Positions 16,682-23,919 of a stretch of 24,689 nt of DNA are shown piece after piece (position 1 is the first letter of the stretch; every line of letters begins with the position of its first letter). The notes under the pieces were generated by a model. The model was not told where the DNA came from and did no database searches. It saw nothing but the letters and a program-made list of their open reading frames with translations. This DNA is from Candidatus Limnocylindrales bacterium (lineage in GTDB: Bacteria; Chloroflexota; Limnocylindria; Limnocylindrales; CSP1-4): positions 1 through 24,689 of the forward strand of contig JBKJXL010000028.1 of NCBI GenBank assembly GCA_046716225.1, given 5' to 3'. The position numbers and the translations under genes are program-made.

Positions 16682-17522
16682 GCGCGTCGACCCGCTCGAG
16701 ACGATGCCGGTCAGCCCTTATGCCCGGCCCACGCGCTGGGCGCTCTGGCTTTGGGCCGCAGCCATCCTCGTCTTCCTCTATCTGCCGATCGGGTTCCTGG
16801 TGCTCTTTTCGTTCAACGAGCCGCGGACGCCGGGCCTGCCGATCGTCGGCCTCACACTGCACTGGTATGAGGTGGCGGCCGGCAACAGCATCCTCCTGGA
16901 CGCGGTGAAGAACTCGATCATCGTGGCGGCGGCCGTGGCGGGGATCGCGACGCTCATCGGCACGATGGCGGCCTTCCCACTGGTCCGTGGCGGGATCCGT
17001 CATGCCGATGCCGTCCGGATCGTCGCGACGATGCCGATCATGCTGCCCGGGATTCTCCTGGGGATCGCGATGCTGATCTTCTTCCGCCGTGTGCTGGACC
17101 TCGAGTTGTCGCTCCTGACCGTGATCGCTGGGCACCTCGTGTTCACCACGCCGTTCGTCGTGTTGATCGTTGCGGCGCGGCTCCAGGGCTTCGACCGCAG
17201 ACTCGAGTGGGCGGCCGCCGATCTAGGGGCCAGTCCGCGCCAGACTCTCCGATACGTCATCCTTCCGCTCATCTCGCCGGCGATCGTCGCGGGGGCGCTC
17301 ATCAGCGTCACCCTGTCGATCGACGAGTTCATCATCACGTTCTTCACGGTGGGACCGCAAGTGACTCTTCCGCTCTACATCTACACCCAGATCAAGTTCG
17401 GGGTAACGCCCGAGTTGAACGCCGTGGCGACCGTGCTGTTGGTCGCGACGATCGGCCTGCTGCTCGGCGCCGGACTGGTCATGCGCGGCGGTCGAAGATT
17501 CCTGAAACGAGCCGCGCGATGA
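16674..17522 (+). CDS. ABC transporter permease, PotC-like, about 282 aa
   Basis: FLYLPI..LVLFSFN, LEWAAADLGASP, SVTLSIDEF, TLPLYIY..PELNA. Start GTG 16674 (alternative ATG about 16704). Confidence 0.92.
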   Translation: MARRVDPLETMPVSPYARPTRWALWLWAAAILVFLYLPIGFLVLFSFNEPRTPGLPIVGLTLHWYEVAAGNSILLDAVKNSIIVAAAVAGIATLIGTMAAFPLVRGGIRHADAVRIVATMPIMLPGILLGIAMLIFFRRVLDLELSLLTVIAGHLVFTTPFVVLIVAARLQGFDRRLEWAAADLGASPRQTLRYVILPLISPAIVAGALISVTLSIDEFIITFFTVGPQVTLPLYIYTQIKFGVTPELNAVATVLLVATIGLLLGAGLVMRGGRRFLKRAAR

Positions 17523-18526
17523 TGCGCGCCGCCGTCTTCGTCGGGACCGGCGAGCTGCGCCTCGAGGACCGCCCGGAACCACGCATCGAGCTCGCCGATG
17601 ACGTCCTGATCGCCGTCGAGGCGTGCGGGATCTGTGGCAGCGACCTCCAGATCCTCAACGTGCCGCCTGGGCACCCGGCGACGCCCGGCACGATCCTCGG
17701 GCATGAGTTCGTCGGGCGTGTCCAGGACGTGGGCGAGACCGTCAGCGCCGTGCAGGTCGGCGAGCGCGTGGTCGTGGACCCGGACCCGAAGTGCGGCGCA
17801 TGCACCTCGTGCCGGGCGGGCAGGCCCGCCAACTGCGAGAACATTCGCGCGCTCGGCGTCTATCGCGACGGTGGCCTGGCCGGTTTCGTGATTGCGCCGG
17901 CGGCGGCCATATATCCGATCTCGGACGACGTGCCGGCGACGCTCGCGTCGCTGGTCGAGCCGCTGGCGTGCGTCATCAACGGCACGAATCGGGCGGCGAT
18001 CAGGCCGGGGGAATCTGTCGTGGTCATGGGCGCGGGCACGATCGGCTGCCTGTTCGCCGCGGTATTCAAGGCCGCCGGAGCCGGACCGATCATCGTGGTC
18101 GAGCCGAACCCTGTTCGCGCCGCGGTCGCTCGAGCCGTGGCGGCAGACGTCACCTTGACCCCGGACGAGTTCGCCGCACGTCGGACCGAACTCCTTCCGC
18201 GCGGGGCCGACGTCGTGGTGGATGCCGTCGGCAGCGTGCTTGGCCCGGCCATCGAGGCCGCGGCGATGGGCGGACGGGTCGTCCTGTTCGGCATGAACGG
18301 GGCGGCGCGGCCACCGATCCACCAGGTCGAGATCACGGAAAAGGGTCTCGCCATCCTGGGGTCGTACATCTCGAACTTCACCTTCCCGACTGCCATTCGG
18401 CTGGTCGAGAGCGGCACGCTCAACCTCGCGCCGATCGTCTCCGCCGTCCTGCCGCTGAGTCAGACGCTCGACGGGATCGCTCGCCTCCGGTCGGGCGAGG
18501 CCACGAAGATCGTCATTACGCCCTGA
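17519..18526 (+). CDS. Zn-dependent medium-chain alcohol/polyol dehydrogenase, 335 aa
   Basis: CGICGSD, GHEFVG, four-Cys structural Zn site CGACTSC..PANC, GAGTIG, acidic VEP (NAD preference); ATGA overlap with the permease. Confidence 0.92.
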   Translation: MMRAAVFVGTGELRLEDRPEPRIELADDVLIAVEACGICGSDLQILNVPPGHPATPGTILGHEFVGRVQDVGETVSAVQVGERVVVDPDPKCGACTSCRAGRPANCENIRALGVYRDGGLAGFVIAPAAAIYPISDDVPATLASLVEPLACVINGTNRAAIRPGESVVVMGAGTIGCLFAAVFKAAGAGPIIVVEPNPVRAAVARAVAADVTLTPDEFAARRTELLPRGADVVVDAVGSVLGPAIEAAAMGGRVVLFGMNGAARPPIHQVEITEKGLAILGSYISNFTFPTAIRLVESGTLNLAPIVSAVLPLSQTLDGIARLRSGEATKIVITP

Positions 18527-18532
18527 GGCCCC

Positions 18533-18554
18533 GTCGGTGGCCAGGGTCGCCGAC
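18533..18554. terminator. GC-rich hairpin between convergent genes
   Basis: GTCGGTGGCC-AG-GGTCGCCGAC stem with two G-T pairs in the 30-bp gap between the two stop codons; no U-tract. Confidence 0.4.
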
Positions 18555-18556
18555 CT

Positions 18557-19552
18557 TCAGGCCTCTTCGTAGATCTCGGGATTGGCGATGTTCGGGGCTC
18601 GGCCGCCGGCAAGGACCGCGGCCATGCCCTCGGCCATCTCCTCAAAGGTGCGGCGTCTGCCGCGCCTGGACAGGCCGAGCACGTGCGGCGTCAGGACCAC
18701 GGCCGGATGCCCAAAGATCGGGTGCCCCTCGGGCGGTGGCGGCTCCGGCTCGTAGACATCGAGACCGACACCCGACAGGCGACCGTCCAGCAACGCCGCA
18801 TGGACGGCGTCGAGGTCGAGCAGGCCGCCCCTGCCGCAGTTGACCAGGACGGTCCCGGGCCGAACCCGAGCCAACAGCCCGGCGCCCACGAGATCGGTGG
18901 TCTCCGCGGTCAGGGGCGCGTGAAGACTGATCACATCGGCGGTTTCGACCAGCCGCACGAGATCGACCAGCTCGACCCCCATCCTGGCCGCGATCTTCGG
19001 GTCCGCGTACGGGTCGAACGCCACGATCCGCATGCCGAGGACCGTGCACAGCTCGGCCAGCCGGCGCCCGATCCGCCCGAAGCCGACGATGCCGAGCGTC
19101 GCCCCGTCCAGATCGCCGAGCTCGACCGACTCACGCTCGGCCCAGCGGCCCGCGCGGACCAGCTCGGTCAGCGGACCCAGCCGCTTGATCAGGTGCAGGA
19201 TGTGGGCGAGCGCGCCCTCGGCCACGGCGTTCGTGCCCGCACCGGGCGTGACGACGACGGGGATGCCTCGCTCACTCGCCGCGGTCAGATCGACCAGCTC
19301 GACACCGATCCCGCTCCGCCCGATGACCCGGAGCCGCGGGGCCGCCGCGATCAGCGGCCGGTCGACGACACTGTTGCCGCGGGCGATCAGGGCAATCGCC
19401 TCCGGCAGGAGCCCGGCGAGCGATGCGCCGTCCTGGGTCGCCTCGACGATGTCACCGAATGCGCGCAGCCGGTCCGCGACGAGCGTGTCGACCGGGCCCA
19501 ACGCCAGGATCGGCCCGCGCGGGAGCTCGGTGTCCGCTCCCGACCCGGTCAC
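18557..19552 (-). CDS. D-isomer-specific 2-hydroxyacid dehydrogenase (SerA/hydroxypyruvate reductase-like), 331 aa
   Basis: AVAEGAL, GIVGFGRIG, FDPY, SLHAPLT, VNCGRGG, LDVYEPEP, LTPHVLG. Confidence 0.9.
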   Translation of the reverse strand: MTGSGADTELPRGPILALGPVDTLVADRLRAFGDIVEATQDGASLAGLLPEAIALIARGNSVVDRPLIAAAPRLRVIGRSGIGVELVDLTAASERGIPVVVTPGAGTNAVAEGALAHILHLIKRLGPLTELVRAGRWAERESVELGDLDGATLGIVGFGRIGRRLAELCTVLGMRIVAFDPYADPKIAARMGVELVDLVRLVETADVISLHAPLTAETTDLVGAGLLARVRPGTVLVNCGRGGLLDLDAVHAALLDGRLSGVGLDVYEPEPPPPEGHPIFGHPAVVLTPHVLGLSRRGRRRTFEEMAEGMAAVLAGGRAPNIANPEIYEEA

Positions 19553-19589
19553 CGTCTTCGTCTCCGGGCCGCCGACCGCGCCCGGGCGT

Positions 19590-20390
19590 TCACAGCCCGG
19601 TCAGGGCCGCGCCGGCCGTCCCGGCGCGTGGCACGGCGGCCCTGAAGCTCATCACGGCTTGTTGCGCTGCGAACGCGAGCGAGGTCGAGTCTGAGCCTAC
19701 GGCCACGAAGGTGAATCCCTCCTCGGCATAGCGGACTGCCGCTTCGGCGGTTCCCGCGAGGATGCCGGCCGCGATGTCGGCTGACTCGGCAGCCCGACTG
19801 ACCCGGGCCAGCGCATCCCGAAATGTCGGATGGTCCAGGCGACCCGGGATCCCCAGGGCGTGGGTCAGATCTCGTGGGCCCACGAAGAGGACATCGACTC
19901 CTGGGACCCGGGCGATCTCCTCGACCGCCTCGACGGCGGCGACACTCTCGATCTGGACGACCGCAACGATGAGATTTCCGGCCGTCTCGAGCCTCTCGGG
20001 GAAGAGTCCAAAGCCGATCGACCGGTTGTAGGTCGCCACGCCTCGGTCGCCGTCAGGCGGGTAGTGGAGGTGACGGACCGCCGCGGCGACTTCGTCAGCG
20101 GACTCGAGACGGGGGAACATCACGCCCGCCGCGCCCGCGTCGAGGACACGGCCGGAGCGGATGCGACTCGCACTTTCGACCCGCACGAGAACGGGCACGT
20201 CGTGGGCTGCCCCCGCGAGGAGCTGTCCGAGGGCGCCGTCCTCGCCGCGGCCGCCGTGCTCGAGGTCGATGAGCAGCCAGTCGAAGCCGGCCAGGGCACA
20301 TGCCTCCGCAGCGAGTGGGCTGCCGAGGTTCAGGAACGTGCCGATCAGCGGGACGCGGCCACGGACCCGCTCGCGGAGCGTGTCATCCAT
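19590..20390 (-). CDS. HpcH/HpaI family class II aldolase, about 266 aa
   Basis: GFDWLLIDLEHG, VLVRV, LDAGAAGVMFP, HYPPDGDRG, VQIES, DVLFVGPRDL. Start 20390, alternatively 20417. Confidence 0.88.
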   Translation of the reverse strand: MDDTLRERVRGRVPLIGTFLNLGSPLAAEACALAGFDWLLIDLEHGGRGEDGALGQLLAGAAHDVPVLVRVESASRIRSGRVLDAGAAGVMFPRLESADEVAAAVRHLHYPPDGDRGVATYNRSIGFGLFPERLETAGNLIVAVVQIESVAAVEAVEEIARVPGVDVLFVGPRDLTHALGIPGRLDHPTFRDALARVSRAAESADIAAGILAGTAEAAVRYAEEGFTFVAVGSDSTSLAFAAQQAVMSFRAAVPRAGTAGAALTGL

Positions 20391-20404
20391 TCCCGGTCCG
20401 GTGA

Positions 20405-22321
20405 TCACCCGTGCCATCGCTGGCTCGCCAGGCCCTGCTCGTACTCGTCTCGTCGCTCCCTGACCTCGGGCAGGATTGAGGTTTCGGCCGAGGCGACGTC
20501 CCACCAGACACCGGCAGGCGGCAGGTTCACGTCGGGATTCGTCGGTACCACGATGACGCTCGGACCCGGGTAGGCGCGGGCGTCGCCCAGTGCCGTGCGA
20601 ACGGCGTCCGGCGTGGTCGCGCGCGTCGCGCGGGCGCCGAGGCCCGCGGCCAGTGCCACGAGATCGAGATCGAGGTACTCGCCGTCCAGGGCAGCCTCAG
20701 TCAACGGTCCCGTCCGCTTCCGGAACTCGTTCCCGAAGCCTGCACCGTTGCGCATCAGCTGCAGTCGACGGATGACCTGGAACCCGTGGTTCTCGGAGAT
20801 CACCACCGTCACATTCAAGCCCTCCTGGAGGGCCGTGACCAGCTCTGTCGGCTGCATGAGAAAGGTCCCGTCGCCGATCAGGGCGATGACCGCGCCCTGG
20901 CTCTGTGCCAGGCGCACGCCGAGGGTTGCCGGCAGCTCGTAGCCCATGCACGAGTATCCGAATTCGAGGTGGCATGACCTCCCGCCCGTGGCGTCCCAGA
21001 CCTTGAGGAGATCGCCGGGGGGTCCACCGGCGGCGGCGACGATCGTGTCGCCCGGTAGGGCCGCTTCCTGGAGGACGCCGATCAGCTGACCCTGGGTCAT
21101 CAGCGTCGTCTCGGCTGCCTCGGCCCCCTCGGCAAGTCGCTCCGGCTCGGGGGGCGCCAGGGCGTCGGCGCGAATCGGCAGCCAGGTGGCCTTGACGGCT
21201 CGGGCGCGCGTCTCCCACTCGGGTTGCGGTCGAGTGCCTGCCTCGCGGGCTGCGGCGCGGAGGGCCAGCAAGGCGCGGCGGGCGTCGGCGACGATCGGCA
21301 CGGCGCCCTGCTTGCGCGCGTCATGGTCGGTCACGTTGACCGAGGCGAACCGGACATCGGGATCCGCGAAGATCGACTGCGAGGCGGTCGTGAAGTCCGT
21401 CAAGCGTGTGCCGACGTGAAGAATGAGGTCGGCTTCGGCAGCCAGGGCGTTGGCCGCCGGATTGCCCTCCACGCCGATGCCACCCATGCCCCACCACGCA
21501 TCCTTCTGGACGGCGCCCTTGCCCGCGAATGTCTCGGTGACCGGGATCCCGAACTCCGCGGCGAGCGCGGCCAGCTCCGCGATCGCGTCCGAGTAGTGGA
21601 CGCCCCCGCCGGCGACGACCAGCGGACGCCGGGCGATGGCCAGCATGCCAGCCACGATCGCCACGTCGTCGAGATCTGGCGCAGGCCGCGCGATCGTCCA
21701 GTCGCGCGGCGCGAAGAAGGCCGCCGGGTAGTCGTGCGCCTCGGTCTGGACGTCCTGGGGCAAGGCGATCACGACCGCTCCCATCTCGGATGGGCTGGTC
21801 AGGACGCGCATCGCTTCGGGCAGCGCCGTCAGGAGCTGCTCCGGACGGGTGATCCGGTCGAAGTAGCGAGCGACCGGCCGGAAGCAGTCGTTCACGCTCA
21901 CATCACCGGCCGACGGGTTCTCGAGCTGCTGGAGGACCGGCCCCTGGCGGCGGGTCGCATAGGTGTCGCCCGGGAGGAGGAGCACCGGCAGCCGGTTGAT
22001 CGTGGCCAGCGCGGCGCCGGTCACCATGTTCGTTGCGCCGGGGCCGATCGACGCGGTCACGGCGAGCAGGGCACGCCGACGCGAGGCCTTGGCATATGCC
22101 GTGGCCACGTGGACGAGCGACTGCTCGTTGCGGCCCTGGATGTAGGGCATGTCCGTGCGGAACTCGTCCAGCGCCTGGCCAAGGCCGGCGACGTTGCCGT
22201 GACCAAAGATCCCGAGCATGGCGGGGACCGAACGCCGACGTTCGCCATCGGCGACGCTGTACTGCTGGCCGAGGTAGCGAACGACCGCCTGCGCCATGGT
22301 CAATCGCACCGTCGTCGACAT
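20405..22321 (-). CDS. iolD: Trihydroxycyclohexane-1,2-dione acylhydrolase (IolD), copy 2, 638 aa
   Basis: TVRLTMAQA, GIFGHGNVAGLGQAL, NEQ, SIGPGATNMVT, GGPPGDL, HLEFGYSCMGYE, GDGTFLM; AGGAGG SD. Confidence 0.9.
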   Translation of the reverse strand: MSTTVRLTMAQAVVRYLGQQYSVADGERRRSVPAMLGIFGHGNVAGLGQALDEFRTDMPYIQGRNEQSLVHVATAYAKASRRRALLAVTASIGPGATNMVTGAALATINRLPVLLLPGDTYATRRQGPVLQQLENPSAGDVSVNDCFRPVARYFDRITRPEQLLTALPEAMRVLTSPSEMGAVVIALPQDVQTEAHDYPAAFFAPRDWTIARPAPDLDDVAIVAGMLAIARRPLVVAGGGVHYSDAIAELAALAAEFGIPVTETFAGKGAVQKDAWWGMGGIGVEGNPAANALAAEADLILHVGTRLTDFTTASQSIFADPDVRFASVNVTDHDARKQGAVPIVADARRALLALRAAAREAGTRPQPEWETRARAVKATWLPIRADALAPPEPERLAEGAEAAETTLMTQGQLIGVLQEAALPGDTIVAAAGGPPGDLLKVWDATGGRSCHLEFGYSCMGYELPATLGVRLAQSQGAVIALIGDGTFLMQPTELVTALQEGLNVTVVISENHGFQVIRRLQLMRNGAGFGNEFRKRTGPLTEAALDGEYLDLDLVALAAGLGARATRATTPDAVRTALGDARAYPGPSVIVVPTNPDVNLPPAGVWWDVASAETSILPEVRERRDEYEQGLASQRWHG

Positions 22322-22337
22322 GCGGCGTGCCCTCCTG

Positions 22338-23759
22338 TCAAGTGGCTCCGTGAAGGATGATCGTCTTGGTCTCGGTCATCTCCTCGACGGCCCAGCGGGG
22401 TCCCTCCTTGCCGATCCCACTGCTCTTGAGACCGCCGTAGGGCATCAGGTCCGCCCGCCACAACGGCGTCCAGTTGATATGGACGCTGCCCGCGTCGACG
22501 TCGCGCGCGAATCGCAATGCGCTGGTCACGTCGCGCGTGAAGACGCCGGCCCCGAGTCCGTAGCGGCTGGCGTTGGCCAGCCGGATCGCCTCGTCGATCC
22601 CGGACGCCGTGGAGACGGCGACTGCCGGGCCGAACAGCTCCTCCTGGCTCAGCGAGCTGGCCGGGTCGACATCGGCCACGACGGCCGGCGAGAGCATGGT
22701 CCCATCGCGCTCGCCCCCGCACAGCACGCTGGCCCCGGACGCCACGCTCCCACGGATCGCCTGCTCCACCCGGCGTGCCTCGACTTCGCTGACCAGGACG
22801 CCCATCGTCGTCTGCGGATCGAGTGGGTCACCGGTCCGGATCGTCCTGACCAGCGGCGTCAGGGCGTCGAGGAAATCGCCGACGACGGCCTGGTCGACGA
22901 GCACGCGCTGGACCGAGATGCAGACCTGGCCTGCGTTGACATATCCGCCGATCGAGACGGCCCGAGCGGCGAGTTCGATGTCCGCGTCGGGCAGCACCAC
23001 CACCGGGCAGCTCGCCCCGAGCTCGAGGGAGAGCCGTTTGACGCCGGCGACCCGGGTGATCGCTTCGCCGGTGGCCGAGTTCCCGGTGAAGCTGATCTTG
23101 CGCACGCGCGGATCGCTGCACAGCAGCTCGCCCAGCTCCGCGCCCGGGCCCGTGACGCACGAGATCGCCTCGGGATCGAGGCCGGCATCGAGCAGGATCT
23201 GCGTGAGCTTAAGGGCCGTGAGGGGCGTCTTCCGGGCGGGCTTGAGAATGACCGCATTGCCCGCCGCGAGGGCGGGAGCGATCTTGTGGAGCACGAGGAG
23301 GGACGGGTAATTGAACGGCGTGATCGCCACGACGACGCCGCACGGCTGTCGAAGCGTGAAGCCGAGTCGCCCCTGGCCCGCGCCGCGATGCGCGTCGAGC
23401 GGGAGACTGTCGCCGTAGAGGTGAGCCCCCTCGAACGCAGCCAGGCGCAACATGTCGCCCGCCCTGGAGGCTTCGCCGGTCGCCTCCGTGAGGAGCTTGC
23501 CGGACTCGAGCGAGATCGTCCGGGCCAGGTCGTCGACCCGTTCGTCCGCGAGATCGGCGGCCCGCAGGAGGATCGCCTGCCGATCGTAGGCAGGGGTGTG
23601 GCGCTGTCGTTCGGCGCCCCTCACGGCGGCGGCGAGGGCCCGCTCGATGTCCGCACGGGATGCCACCGGCACAGTGTCGATCACGTCCCCGTTGAACGGG
23701 TTGACGACCTCCTCGCGGACTGCGCCGTCCATCCAGTCGCCGGCGATGAGCATGCGCAT
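22338..23759 (-). CDS. NAD(P)-dependent aldehyde dehydrogenase (lactaldehyde-DH/GapN-like, not IolA/MmsA type), 473 aa
   Basis: AITPFNYP, LKPARKTP, SFTGNS, LELGASCP (Glu), GQVCISVQR (Cys), EELFGP, PYGGLKSSGIGKEG. ATG 23759 follows GGAG. Confidence 0.9.
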   Translation of the reverse strand: MRMLIAGDWMDGAVREEVVNPFNGDVIDTVPVASRADIERALAAAVRGAERQRHTPAYDRQAILLRAADLADERVDDLARTISLESGKLLTEATGEASRAGDMLRLAAFEGAHLYGDSLPLDAHRGAGQGRLGFTLRQPCGVVVAITPFNYPSLLVLHKIAPALAAGNAVILKPARKTPLTALKLTQILLDAGLDPEAISCVTGPGAELGELLCSDPRVRKISFTGNSATGEAITRVAGVKRLSLELGASCPVVVLPDADIELAARAVSIGGYVNAGQVCISVQRVLVDQAVVGDFLDALTPLVRTIRTGDPLDPQTTMGVLVSEVEARRVEQAIRGSVASGASVLCGGERDGTMLSPAVVADVDPASSLSQEELFGPAVAVSTASGIDEAIRLANASRYGLGAGVFTRDVTSALRFARDVDAGSVHINWTPLWRADLMPYGGLKSSGIGKEGPRWAVEEMTETKTIILHGAT

Positions 23760-23805
23760 CGGTCTGGTCTCCGCGTCCCGATTCTGGGGTGTCGGCCGGG
23801 CGCGA

Positions 23806-23835
23806 TTGACCGTGCGCAACCGATTGCGCTAACCT
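23806..23835 (+). promoter_or_regulatory. Sigma70-like promoter for the iolE-like gene
   Basis: TTGACC (23806-23811), 18-nt spacer containing the operator, TAACCT (23830-23835). Confidence 0.6.
23813..23828. promoter_or_regulatory. LacI-type operator, copy 3 (minus strand CGCAATCGGTTGCGCA)
   Basis: Plus strand TGCGCAACCGATTGCG is the reverse complement of the same 15-bp core. Confidence 0.85.
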
Positions 23836-23859
23836 AGCAGGTGCCCTCTCCCGCGTCAA
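23831..23859 (-). promoter_or_regulatory. Sigma70-like promoter for the ALDH-iolD2 operon
   Basis: Minus strand TTGACG (23859-23854), 17-nt spacer, extended -10 TGcTAGGTT ending at 23831, operator 2 nt downstream. Confidence 0.7.
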
Positions 23860-23919
23860 CGAAAACGGGACCGAGAGCCCGCGTCAACTCGGTCGCCCAG
23901 CACGAGAACGGAGTGCTCG

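Noticed and set aside
13453-17522. Calling the transporter potABCD (spermidine/putrescine)
   Set aside because: The family fits, but the operator context and altered pocket argue against assigning that substrate, so gene symbols were withheld.
19564-19585. CCGGGC..GCCCGG hairpin beside the ribosome-binding site of the 2-hydroxyacid dehydrogenase
   Set aside because: A 6-bp all-GC stem is expected by chance at this GC content.
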